A stretch of DNA of 63,868 bases, filler included, from Phoronis australis (taxonomy: Eukaryota; Animalia; Phoronida), in the NCBI GenBank assembly GCA_002633005.1. It is 7 parts of 7 records of this genome, joined end to end, with 100 filler letters (N's around TTAATTAATTAA, not from the genome) between each part and the next. Parts side by side here need not be neighbours in the genome. Positions count along the whole stretch, not along the records: positions 1 to 13,368 come from NMRA01001304.1; 6 more parts are not named here. One strand, written 5' to 3'. The notes below the pieces were generated by a model that was not told the DNA's origin, ran no database searches, and saw only the letters and a list, made by a program, of their open reading frames with translations. Made by a program: the position numbers and the translations under genes. Shown piece by piece: positions 1 to 12,034 of the stretch. Numbering within the stretch: the first letter of the stretch is position 1; each line of letters starts with the position of its first letter.

Positions 1-2323
1 GTGACATATTAAAGTTTTGACAATATAAAGAGGAGTAACAGACTTCCTAAAAATCAAGCGTGTTTTCGAAAGGTTTGCGCCATTGGTGATCTGATTGGTC
101 CAAGCACTAGCGGCGGGAAAATGATAGACCCAGTCAGTATTAAGATGTCTGTGGACTCAGTTTTTGTGCACGTGTGAACTGTAGCAATGCTTTCTATTTT
201 ATTTTCAGTAAGTTTACTTATTTATGCCCATCCTTATTTGACCGCAACTTCGGCTTCTTGGGTTCTACCATATTGGGGCTGCCCAAGGGACTCACACGGT
301 GGTGCTTTCTCGAATGAGTTTCATTTTAGTGGCTATTTCCTATTGTTTGTGTGGAGTAAATTAACAAAATGGATGATTATAATCGCCAGTATTTCATCAT
401 TAGTATTTTTGTCGGGTTCTCAAGTTTTCCGAGACTAGGAATGTCACATTTGCAAGGTAGAATTGTTTCGGTGAACTTCCATGTCTTTGGCGTTATTTTT
501 ATGCTCGGAATATGTCCCGAAAATAATAGGTGCGTCGCAAGCTCCGTTTCCAGAGATACAAAGGAGACCGTGTATAGGCGATATAAGGCCATTTATTATG
601 ACTGATAAGGTAAAAATGAAGAGAGATTAGATCGAACCTAAGTGCTGCAAAGCGAAGTACAGATGGCAGGAAATATAACTTTCTAGAGAACAAAGGAGCC
701 CTATGACACGTGACAATCATCAGCCTATGGGAGCCAGGATCTGACCAAACTCGTGGCAGTAATACAAACGAACCAGTGGTGAGGCTGGAAATGGGATGTC
801 CTAGTGCCTTCCTTGAGTGCAGAGGACCGCATGCGAATCTACACAAGGGGTTATAGGACCAGTCCGAAAGAAGGGGGTATAAGAGGGACGAGTCCATATT
901 CTCGCATAAATATATTTAACGAGTGAAATGTCATATATCTGATCAAACTTTGAAATAGATCTTTGTTTAAACCAAGAACTGCACAGGGTGCAATTTGTGT
1001 ATACATTTGTCTGCGTTGCGAGTTTTTATGAAAATGGGTCAGTCTGTAGCCAACTACGGATAAAAGTTTGCTTGCAGTTCAGCTGAAGTTCATAAAAAGT
1101 GGACTTCCACACAGCTCGATCTGATTTGACATTTCACATAATATTTCAGGACAATGAGTCTGTAACCTACTGTTGAATTGCGAGTTAATTTTGGGAAAGC
1201 CAGTTGGTTATTTCTGGAGTATTAATGTCATCTTTATTTATGTTAAAGATTTTACAAGCATTCAATTTTGTTGTACACTGATTTATAAATCCGCTAAATC
1301 GGGGATCCAAATCCTTACGAAATGTGCTCTTTGTGGTGAGATAGTAACCGCCTGATTAGTGCTAGTGGAGATGACCAATTTGGTTAATTCGCACATTAGA
1401 CTATGGGTGAAGTTCCTCGTAATCACAACAGTTTGTGAATCAATATCTTTTGAAAGAATTTAGTGGACAATTTTTGCCAAAAAATCACCATGTAATATTC
1501 ATCAAGAAGGAATATAGAACCTTGGAGACAGAGTTTGTCAGTAGTGGTAGTAGGCCTATTCGTAGGCCTACCAGAAGTTCTTAAAAAACATCCAATATCA
1601 AAATGTCATTAACGTTTACACAAGACATGAGGTTTTTCTCCCACAGCCGATTACGGGGTCTCCGCACTCTATGGAAGTTAACTCCTTTGAATTTCGCCTG
1701 TGTGGCCGAAAACCCTGCCATACAGCAGAAATACAATGATTAGCAAACGACGTACTTGCCGGAAATTATACCAGATAATTTGGCCAGGTGACGCTAGTGA
1801 ATAATGACGTAACGGCTTGTGCGAAACAGCACAGATTTCGTCCATTGAAAGCATACGGAGTTGAGGGTCCATGTACTATAGTCTACGATGCAATTGACTT
1901 TGAATTCTAAATGCTCAGGTCATTTGGTGCAACTATGGGGTCATTATATGCAGTATACTTCTGAAAGTTTAACCATTCATCATGTATTCTAAAGACATCT
2001 GCGATTCTTAGCATTAACCACACCTTCCATCGAGTTTTCATTTATTCCTTCATGAGTGATCCTAATGCACCGGAAAGGGTCAATAAGCATAAAGGTCATC
2101 AGATAATGAACTTGTTATTTCTCGTACAGTTTTAAAGAATTCTTTTTCATCCTGTTAAACGGGTTGTTGTCAATAATTTCCCATGTCAATTCCAGTAAAA
2201 TGCACGTTCATTATTGTGTCTAGTTTAATATTACCGCGCATGCTAGTGATAAACACCTATGGAAGCATACCACTTTTGGTGCAGTTCGGGTGCATTTCAA
2301 TGATTTGCTGTTACTTATTGCAG

Positions 2324-2689
2324 GTGTTGTTCATGCAGCTCTTGATGTGAATGTTCCTAGAGAGATCATCGCTGTCAAAGGAGGTTCAGCTGTATTTAAA
2401 ATCAGTTACACGCTGAGTGATGGAGATTCCTTCAACAGTTTTAAGTTGTTCATGGGTTTTCATCCTGTGTTTACTGCACCAGCCATCAAACGAGCGGAGT
2501 ATCTACAAAATGGCTCATTTTCAACAGACTATGAATCCCGGGGTTCTACTAACTATTATCATGGCAAGACTCAATTCACCATCACTCTAAGTGAAGTTAC
2601 AACAGATGATGAGGGAGAGTACAATGTAGAGATGACCAAAAACAACCAGGATGCTGCTCCACCTGTTGTTGTTCAACTTGTGTTGGATA
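2324..2689 (+). CDS. IgSF protein, internal exon encoding the end of a signal peptide and an N-terminal V-set-like Ig domain lacking the canonical cysteines
   Basis: Acceptor ttacttattgcag ends at 2323 and donor gtaagt starts at 2690; phase 1-1, typical of Ig exons. Translation ...EIIAVKGGSAVFKISYTL...RGSTNYYHGKTQFTITLSEVTTDDEGEYNVEM...VVVQLVLD has the V-set A'/B strand pattern, the E-strand FTITLSEV and the D-x-G-x-Y F-strand motif. Confidence 0.85.
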
Positions 2690-2702
2690 GTAAGTAAATG
2701 TA

Positions 2703-2854
2703 CCGTGGTTCTTCTAACTACTATTTTGGCAGGACTCAGTTCACCATCACTCTACGTGGAGTTACAGCAATTAATGAGGGAGAGTAAACTAAACGGTTAA
2801 CTAACAACGTACAAGTGGCTGTGCCACTTGTTGTTACTCATCTTGTGTTGGATG
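2703..2854 (+). pseudogene. Degenerate tandem copy of the 3' half of the Ig V exon, with its splice donor
   Basis: Reads RGSSNYYFGRTQFTITLRGVTAINEGE*...VAVPLVV..LVLDG then gtaagt at 2855, versus RGSTNYYHGKTQFTITLSEVTTDDEGEY...APPVVVQLVLD then gtaagt in the intact exon. It has an in-frame TAA and an indel. Confidence 0.85.
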
Positions 2855-3659
2855 GTAAGTACATGCAAGGCTTTGCATTAGTGGTGTCGATGTTGGCCAA
2901 GCTGTGCAGCAATGTGCTTTGATTGGTTTCTGTTTGAGTTTTAGTCTTGCCCTTCCAACATATATAAAAACGTAAATTTAACATATTGTTTCCAGTATGT
3001 GAAGAATGTGATTTCAATTAAATGAAAAAAAAATGTTTTAATGGGCTAAGAAAATGAAATGTGATTTGTTTACCTGTTGACTATGGTGCCACAATTCGAG
3101 GTACATGTATACCATCTATTGATAAAATCCTCGAAGTTGGGACAGTCTATACAATTTGGGAAATAGAAAATTAATGCAGACATTGAATTTTTGTTATTCT
3201 GGAATTTAGTTTAAGAGTTATTTAATCGCGTTCTCCATATTTCTCAGATTTGGGACACGTTGCTTTCATTCTACAGTTTGAAAATGGAATTAACAAGATT
3301 GCAGGTCATCTGATGTAATTCGCGCTGCATCAGACATGTGCAGGCCTCATGGTGAGCAGTGTTTAACATTGGTTTGATAGGATTTACGGCACTCGACAGT
3401 ATGAAAACCATAAGGTAACAATATAAATCCCCAGATTAAAATTTCAAATTATAGCTCGCACTCGTTAATTCTGAATGGAAAATTTTCTCAACATTTTAAG
3501 AACCTATCAGTGTCATCACAAAATTATTAATTTATGCTTTTGCCTGCGGCGTTCAATCATACAGAGCTGTACATACAGTAGGTCGTGAAATTCTTGCAAG
3601 CACATGAGGTTCCACCGTTCTTCTTTACCGCGGCCATTGAAATACGCTGCAGGCGCGTG

Positions 3660-4375
3660 TTGCCTTCCAACTGGTTAACCAGATTAGCGGCTCGACGTCA
3701 TTTTCTCTGACTATATGTTACGGAAACTGCCGAATTCCTGGGGAGCGCCATATCGAGGTCACGCTATTACAGGCATTCTAGACTAAACACTGGAGTCAGT
3801 AGAGCCTGCATGCAAAACCAGCCTTCCGAGCTAACGGGCCTGCTTGTGTTTTGTATTTGGTTACAGATCAGCTAATTTGAAATCATTGATAGGGGATGAA
3901 ACTTAAAAGTAGTACAAATCACATAAAAATACTGCAAAGTATATGGTTGCACATGCACCAAATATGGGTACGTATCTAAATCATTTGGGAGGCAGGGATA
4001 TTGACAAATGACAAATACAGTCAGAAATCTGGATTTCTAAAATACCTTTTACCCAAAGACAGAGTTATGACAGATAGAGGTTTTACTATTGATGAACTCC
4101 TGTTTCCAAGACGAGTTAAGTTAAACATACATGCACCAGCTTTCACCAAAGGCAAGCCACACTTTAGTAAAAAGGTCTAAAAAAAACATGGCGCATTTTT
4201 ACAGTAAGAATCCGTTTGGAGCGAGCAATACGGAGACTTAAAAGTTTTCAAAATTTTGAGTATCTGTATTTCAGTGAAAAGCTGAGAATCAGTGGATAAC
4301 TACTTGACTTTCTGTGCAGGGCTTGTGAACCTACGTGGTGATCTAATCAGAGATCAAAGTTTGGAAGACTAACTT
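3660..4375 (+). mobile_element. Degenerate ISL2EU-type (PIF/Harbinger superfamily, DDE_Tnp_4) transposase
   Basis: Frameshifted translation gives ITGILD*T, YKSH..NTAKYMVAHAPN, VSKSF/GGR, KSGFLKYLLPKDRVMTDRGFTIDELL, APAFTKGK, RIFTVRIRLERAIRRLK/VFKIL and DNYLTFCAGLVNLRGDLI. These match the family motifs IIDCTE, YKxHNTxK, YGGRxSD, VMADRGF, RIHVERxIxRxKxFxIL and ICAALxNL. Boundaries approximate. Confidence 0.8.
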
Positions 4376-4399
4376 ACGGAGTTATTAAGTTGCCCATTC

Positions 4400-4700
4400 C
4401 AAGTGGTAACATGTACTGTTTCAAGAAATTTCTGAAAGTGAAATGTACGCAACCGTGCAACAGTTTGCTCAACAAAGCTTTCATTGTATAGCGCATCTAC
4501 ATGTACGTCATAAAAAGTCATTAATTGCCACGAACTTTAATATTAGCGCGTACGAATAAAGGTGGTGCTTCTGTTTTTGCCCTTAAAACAAATGTGATCA
4601 AGGTCATTGTCAGTTGTGTACAGAACTAGTTTTGCTTTCTTAAGTCCATTATAAAACATGATTGTTGATATCATTTTTGAATGGACTGTTTGATATGGGT
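4400..4700 (-). mobile_element. C-terminal remnant of a YqaJ/lambda-exonuclease-like ORF of the same ISL2EU-type element, convergent with the transposase
   Basis: Minus strand gives IMFYNGLKKAKLVLYT and VDALYNESFVEQTVARLRTFHFQKFLET, resembling YqaJ C-terminal motifs (QMxVTGLxxCxFVVYT; DExFxxxMVxKLxxFYxxxFL). Interrupted; boundaries approximate. Confidence 0.55.
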
Positions 4701-4899
4701 ATCATCAGGACAGTAATGTGGCGCAACTGAACTAAATGACTCACGAAAACAATCTTAGTAACAGTTCTTAAGATTGTTTTAGTGATACACTAAGGTCAAC
4801 TAATGGAAATCATACGAAATTCATCACAGTATTACAATATTAGGAAATGGTCATTTGGCTCTGGGATGTTTCTGTGAACACTGTGTCAACCATACTGCG

Positions 4900-5175
4900 A
4901 TTGCGGGCTGTCGACCTCGAAACAGTCTGCAGAAAAATGTTTACTCCATATCACCGAATTCGGCGACTTCTCGTGGACCTCACGAAATCTTCCCAACTCC
5001 GACGCAGTCTGGGATTAGTGGGAAACCTATGTAATGACACCCCAGAGGGCCCAGACCCTGACATATTGTCACAGCCTCCAATCACGGAATTGTCCTTCAA
5101 AATTTTAATCGAGTTGAAGTATAAAAATGTGTTTAATGTCGAAATAAGTATTCCAATTGGCACACAACAACAGTG
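4900..5175 (-). mobile_element. Frameshifted THAP zinc-finger remnant, likely the 5' end of the YqaJ-bearing ORF
   Basis: HCCCVP...GGCDNMSGSGPSGVSLHRFPTNPRLRRSWEDFV, then after a frameshift NSVIWSKHFSADCF. This fits THAP C-x-V-x-GC, HRFP, W and ICSxHF, with one Cys changed to Trp. Confidence 0.75.
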
Positions 5176-8100
5176 ATACGTCGTGCGTATACAGACAGTG
5201 CGAACGACGTGCGGCATACTCGAACACTTTATTGAGGACTCATTGCTAACTACTCTGAAATGTTTATGGCAACGCACAAGACCATGTGCATATGTGTCAC
5301 ATTTCAGAGAATTAATTGGCAAAAGTTGCAATAATAAACCCATTCTAACAAACAGAAAGCTTCCATTTGTGCCAGATAGTCCCAGTATAAACCTATGGAC
5401 AGACTCGGCAGTGATCAGGTCCGCTTCCGGACGTGACGTGCTTCCGAAGATAGCCGAAGTTTAAATTTTTCTGTTCTCGAAATTTTGTGGGGAAGTGGGA
5501 GCGTGTTTTACACGTCGAATAATAGAAGAATATGGGGTATGGAATAAAAAGAAATGTGGTTTATAAGCAATCTTTATTAACAGTCAGCACATGTGTATAC
5601 ATATTAACTACAACTAAATAGCTGTGAATCGACCTCTTTAAGAACGTGTAGATTCCAGGGGACAGTTCAGTCTCAAGAGTAAACAAGTCATTAGAGTACG
5701 TGGCCAACGCTGGAGCAGATCCATTTGAAATAATTAAAACCCAAGTTAGAATAATAAACAAACACAAAAATTCATGTCAGATCCCATATTTAATAAAACA
5801 CAGACCTTATACAGCCCAGGAATATGACTTTGAATAGCTCACTACTATGCTGAACCGCTAAGCATTCGTGTAGTGGCTGACTTTGGTATGCGAAGCCTGT
5901 GGCTGTTATGTAAACTATAGTACGATAGTTACACGATTTCTGTCTATAAACATGACTGTGCTGCAGTGTTTTAAGATATCCCGCTCGAAGCCATTAACCT
6001 TGATATGTCAGGGCCACCCAAAGCGACGCTATAGGAGAGGGCACGAAGGCACATACTCTATAATCAATTGCAACATAACTGGTGATTTCTTGGACGTGAG
6101 GAGCAGATGTGAACACTAAGCAAAGTTTGTTCAAGCTGTGCGTGCTACCGGACATTCACACAAGGGTTTTGTAGGTACACCCTTTCGAAGTTTGGAGTTT
6201 AAAGAATTTGTCGCAAGGGTTGCCATCGTGATAGTTGAATCAGCGCTCTGATTAACCAAGATGTGCATTCAAAAAGCTAAGTATGCGTGAAATGGGACAA
6301 AACATTCGGTGAAAAAATACGCCCGACTTTTCTACTGTAAAACTGGCCTGCAATATAATTGCCGTTATTGCCGTTAAAGATTCAGAGTCAGATAACTCCC
6401 AGTGCAAACTCCATCGATGTGTTCAAATTTCAAAATTTACAACTCAAACGACTGCAATACTTCCTGTCGAAATAGAGTGCGAAAAGTGGCCCCAAGAAAA
6501 TGGTGCTTTGTTGCAGAAGAACAATTCTGTGCAAATTTCACAACAATAAATCTGTGTGTTTATGCGGTTTGTGTATTCAGTAAATAGAGTGAAAAGCCTC
6601 AAAACAATTCCGTCTCAGTACAGGTTTCTATTGGCAGATGATTCGTGTTTGCTGCCTCAGCACTCAAAACGTCTCGTATAGCGTTTATGAAATTGCGTCA
6701 TCAGTTCACGGAAATGTGCCATGTTCAGTTGCAGAATAAGTAATGGCGGTGGTCAGAGATAGCAAGCCAAGTTATTGTGAGTCACTGGCTGCTGGTGATA
6801 CGTGACCACTACTAACATTGATTGGAGATATACACTGTAGGCCCCTATAAAACTTCGACTTCGCAACATGGTAAATCAGGGCTAACAAAGACATGGGGGA
6901 ATATGTTGTTTTTGGATCGCGAATTTGCCATGCTGAACTTATCGCTGATGAATCGGCGTCTAGGCAAAAAGCGAAACATATTTAATCTTGCTTAGACCTA
7001 ACAAACTAACTTGTATAACTTTGCAAAACTTTCGCTAATATTGTTAATAAATTATATTCTTGCTCAACGTAAATGACACGCATCGGAATAGCCGGAATAA
7101 CGAATGATTTATTCCGTGCATGCAGTGTTATTCACATTTTGGTACGATCGCCTTTGTAAACATGAACACAATAAATGAATGGAATTAACTGTTTCTCCAA
7201 GCATTTGATCTGAAAACTAATGCCAAGGTCAATGCCTGATAGTCTACCTGAATATATTCAATCTCTGCGCATTACATGTAGTACCGATTGTCAGTCAGAT
7301 CACTAAGTGAACGCCAGGAAGAAAGGGGATAAAATGGTTTTATTTAAGCAGGGTAAAGTTCAAAATCCGATTATAAATTTCTGTAAACATCGACAATCGC
7401 CATGTAAGTTGTGTATCGTGCTTTCATTTTTACCAGCAATTTTTGCATAGTGGCGGTTTTCCCGTAATGTTGGGCGATAAATTTGGGCAAGATTGCTTGA
7501 TACACAGTAATAGTATTCGTTGAAGTAGAGCACGTCCTTTTGACCATTTTTCCGAAGTGTTTTTGTGTTTGGGGAAATAGCAATTTTGGATTATGTCTAA
7601 AAATCAATTGTTTCATGTTAATGGAACTTGACAGACGTTTGATATCAATGTGCAAATCCGTTGGTTTTAGGGGTGGATTTGTTCACTGTAGCTTTTCAAG
7701 TTTCGTCTGGGGTCAGAGTGTTTTGGATGGTAGCTCGAGAACCAAGTGACGGATTTCAATGAAATTGTTTTTGCATCGTATATGATGACTGTGTGTCAGC
7801 ACCAATTTGGTCTCTACACGTGGCTTTTCAAGCAAGTGTTTTGGATTACATTTAAAGAACTGGTGGATAAATTTCATGAAGGAATCATGACTCAGCGTTA
7901 ATTTGACTACTGCGACATCTCCTGGTGCCCCTCTTAAACAAATCGTGTGCAATGCACTATGGGCGCATGTCAACGCCCCAGCGTCCCTATTGTTGCTGTG
8001 AATGGTGTGTAAAAAGTGCCCACTGAATGCACCACCATCAGGAATATACATCAACGGCAGGTTTTACCCCGACATTAAATTGTACTTCTGTGCTTGGTGA

Positions 8101-8192
8101 AACATCGTGCAAATGCCAGGGTTCAGGTATTTCCATGATCAGTTGTAACTAGATTGGTAACTTGATGTAACGGGTTTGTTCTTTTTCCCTAG

Positions 8193-8504
8193 TCCTCCCA
8201 GGCACACCATCTATATCCGGTGCCCCGACGCAGCCTGTGTCTGGTGGAGCAGGACCAACTGTTCTACAATGTAAAGCAAACTTAGGTAAACCACAGGCAT
8301 CTATGGTGTGGTCACGTCGGATTGGAAACGCTGCATACACAAACATAACTGAAAATGTTAACACGACTATCACCAACAACAATGATGGCACCAGCACACT
8401 GACGGTCAACTTGCATACAGCTGATAATAATGTACAGTTCAGATGTCAAGTGTCCAATAGGCAGGCTACTAGGTCAGCTGAAACCGGGGCCATTGAAGTA
8501 ACCG
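8193..8504 (+). CDS. IgSF protein, exon encoding the second Ig domain (C2-set, CD80-like type)
   Basis: Acceptor ctttttccctag ends at 8192 and donor gtaagt starts at 8505; phase 1-1. Joins the V exon in frame (VLD-I-LPGTPSISG). Contains LQCKANLGKPQASMVW...STLTV...NNVQFRCQVSN with both Cys and the Trp. Confidence 0.85.
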
Positions 8505-8865
8505 GTAAGTTACTACGTATTAAGCGATTCACCTAAGTGTTAGGTGACAATATGCATTTAGTAGGAAGTCAGTAACAAGACGATACTGACAGGAGATGGA
8601 AGTCAAGTCTGGTCGTGTTAAAGAAATGATTGTATTGTAATCTTTAAGATGCACCCTTTGCAGTGCAAGGTTGTGCGTTTTCGTTCACAGCGTATTTTCA
8701 TCGTGTTGTATACATGTAAGTGCATTCCTGAGGTTTTTGCTTTATTTTCCTTTCCATTTGAGGTAAAAGTTCTTCACTCTATGTAACGCCATAATTTGCA
8801 CCCTTTGACTCACAGAACATTACCGGATTGGCAGTTTTGACCCTAAAGAAATCCCATGTCGAAAC

Positions 8866-9145
8866 CGGGGCCCGGTCTCCAATCTCTGTACTCAGACTCC
8901 ACTCACATTCAAACTCACACTCGAGTACAGACTCAGCTTTGGTGTATTCAATGTCATACTCCAACAATCTGTACTCGAAATTTCGAGCAAGTACTCACTG
9001 TCCAAGTATACTTAAAGTGAAGTGTATCTCATCTATATTTCGAGTACGCTTCTTAGTAAAAATTCCGAGTATATGCTCCAAATTTCAAGTTAGTTTGGCA
9101 GTGTGCTTTAAATCGTACTCCAAAATAAATTCGAGCGAGAGATGA
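8866..9145. repeat. Degenerate array of YTCGAGTA/TACTC motifs, probably a transposon subterminal repeat
   Basis: Recurrent ctcgagtac, gtactcga, ttcgagta, ccgagta and tactc words over ~270 bp; no partner end found. Confidence 0.35.
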
Positions 9146-10517
9146 AAACATCAAAAGATCACTGAGATACACTGCAAGTCAGTTCAAAGACAACAATTAT
9201 CATAAATGATTTTAAATCTTCCTAGTTCTTATCATTAACCTGCCGTATCACTGCAGTTCATTGCCTGTCAATTTATAAAATCCTTCTTACTCTACGATTC
9301 CTGGCAATAAGCGCATTGTAATCCCTAGTCCGAGCTAGTCATTATAAGTGCAAAAAGGTGCTGTGGGGAAAGCCGTGTGGCAAGTTTGTGCTGCCCCGAT
9401 TGAAAAGGGTGTGCCAACGGTTTGTAGGGTTTCCCAAAGACGAGACGGGGATGAAAGTTAAAAAACAGTTTGCTTCCCAGTCAGGTACACTTCACTTCAT
9501 AGTTTAGTCATCGATATATCCTAAATACTTGAATAGTATTCCCGAATATATTTGCCGATTTCGAAGCAGACGTCTCGTCACGTTTGCTGATGAACTCTGA
9601 ATGCCTGTACATCTAGAGTTTTTTAACTCACGTACCAAGTGGCAATTAACTTTGTACAAAAAAACACAAAGATACAATTTCAAAGTTTTGATATCAGCGT
9701 AACCCTACACAGCAATGGGTTCTATATGAAAACTAATTAGCAAGCGAAAGGGCAAGCCTACAAGGGTTGACCAGGAATCAAGCAAGTGGGGCTCAAAAAT
9801 GTTGACTGGCGTAATGGCTGACGTGGCTAACCGGCTAACAAGGGAAGAACGCCGCCGCTAGCAATTAAGGTCCAAAGCATTGAAAATTGAACTCTCCTCA
9901 GAGAAAATGTGCAATTATAACTCTCCCTTAAAGTGTTGGTTGTGTGTCTGTGATATGGTGCCTGACCCCCGAGACCGCGTTCACGGGCCCACCAATGAAT
10001 CGCAAGGAAAGAATTTTAATATGCCTTCAATACTTGGTGTTACCATGCTAATTTTAAGAGTAAAGTTTAGAACACAATTTTCCATCACTTGCAACGTCTG
10101 TTATGGACATGGTTGTTGGGGAGGAACATCAGTCTTGCGACAACAACAAGGAATCGTACAAAGGCGATGATTTTCAAAATTTGATTCGTTGTGTTGTACA
10201 TGTATGTCTTTTTTCCCTACGGTTCAGGATTACTTGTGGATTTTGCAAGCACCGAAGTTTAAATTTTGCAATTAATGACCAGTAACATTGCCAAAAGTAC
10301 TCACAATACCAACAGTTCTACCATTGGAAGACTTTTGAGAGCCTTTCAATGCCGAATTTATTATATTTTTGGTTGGACTGGACAGTAAAGTAGATTCGAT
10401 AATTTCCCGTCACAATACACTAACCGTAAACTGCACCAGATAATTTACGAGAGGGGCAGCTCCTTATGGTTAGCACAGATGAAAATGTCGGAGTTGCGAA
10501 TCAGTTGTCTATAATCT

Positions 10518-11400
10518 ATGCAGCCACCAAACAACAAAAAAGTCCGTACTGATCTGAATGAGGAGGAGGAGGAATAGGCCATGGTGGTCTAGCTAGGTAA
10601 CCATCCTGAGATTTATAACAAGGTCGAACCCCAATACTTATAAAGATAAGATGAAGAAGGCGGGGGCTGAGCAGGCAGCCAGCCTTGATAAGCCAGTAGC
10701 ATTCCTGCTGGTATGGTATCGTTCTATTAGCACGCGGTACATAGACTTGGAGAGCGAAGTTGCAGGGGGCATGACGGATGGTCCAACGATAGGCTCTGAT
10801 GGCCCAGCTGTGGGCTCTGATGATCCAGCTATTGACCCTGATCTTCCAATTGCAACTCTTTTAAGGTCGTGGCTATCACCGATATGATGCTTCTGTTGTC
10901 AGCGGGGCCTAAGTTCTCGACTGCCATGGCCCAGGCTGTTGAGGATAAACTGTTACCTACTCTGGAGGAGAGACGGCGTCAGTCAATGGAGTTCCAACAG
11001 AAGTTGATCAACCTGATCAAGCTAGCGAACGAGAGGGAGGCCTACGGTGACTGTCAAATCTGTGATTATGGAGCTCCATTAGACGCTGTGGCGCCAGTTC
11101 CAAGCAGGGAACTCTGCTCTACATGCACGCTACTTGGATTTGGATGATCGTGCCAGAGGAACCCTAGCAGCAGGCTCAGTAGCAGTCCCACCAGCAGTTC
11201 CAGCTGCAGTCCCAGTGTGACTCTCTATGGAAGCCACCCCCCAGAATTGGCCACAGTCCGCAGCCAAAGCGACCTCCGTCAGGAACTCAAAAAGCTCCAG
11301 GATCCAGAAAGCAATGCACCCAGGAACGACCACAGTCACCGGCCACTACAACGGTGCCCACGGCAAACAACTGGCAGAGCTTATTATCACGGTTCCTGGG
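10518..11400 (+). pseudogene. Degenerate MADF/Myb-SANT-like DNA-binding ORF of the kind carried by Harbinger transposons
   Basis: MQPPNNKKVRTDLNEEEEE*AMVV*LGNHPEIYNK...KMKKAGAEQAASLDKPVAFLLVWYRSISTRY matches the MADF pattern (HPxLYNK...W.RS.RTRY). It is followed by a coiled segment (LEERRRQSMEFQQKL, ANEREAYGD) and a Q/P-rich tail. Several stops and frameshifts; GC-richer than the flanks. Confidence 0.7.
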
Positions 11401-12034
11401 GGTAATCTTTGTTCTCGGAGTTATTGAACCGTGTGGAGCAAGAGGACTCATAGACTGTACAAGGGTTGTATAACCACATTGGCACTGTGGTATATGCCTG
11501 CACTCTGCTATGAACCTGAACTGTGGTTAACGTCCTAGTAGCACACGTTTTTAACCCTTGTTGAATGGTTAGAAGACTTCATAACTCCACGCAGTACCTA
11601 TCCCATAACCAATACACAATCTGTAGTCGAACAAAGTTTAAATAAACGCGTCAGTCACGATTCAGACCCGAAGTTCACACCGCCATTTTGAACTAACCGC
11701 GAACCCGGAAGTACAATTCATTCAGGAACCCAGGCTTAAATACGTCGGCTGTGTGACTAGAGCAGTGTCTGTTACTAGCCTGTAAACGAATATAAAATAA
11801 TCAACAGCAGACCTTAACTCAAATAAAACCAATATAGGGACACATTGTACTGAAAATGTTGACAAACTGGGGCAACGGAAATTTTGTTTGAAGTTGTTTA
11901 GCCTGACTCGGAACTGCAGCCGATGACCCGGTGCAGACCGATCGAGACCACTCGTACTGACAGAAGATGAAGGCATGCCGTCCCCGGCTGTTTTATCGGA
12001 ATAAATGGTTCAAATCATAAATGCCGTATACATA

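Noticed and set aside
121-213. Hydrophobic MLSILFS followed by gtaagt as the Ig gene signal-peptide exon
   Set aside because: The donor is phase 0 but the V exon needs phase 1, and the upstream in-frame ATG stretch is cut by TGA.
7371-8054. Two consecutive minus-strand ORFs (113 and 94 aa) in the Ig intron
   Set aside because: No recognisable domain or splice structure; could be a decayed element but cannot be called without a search.
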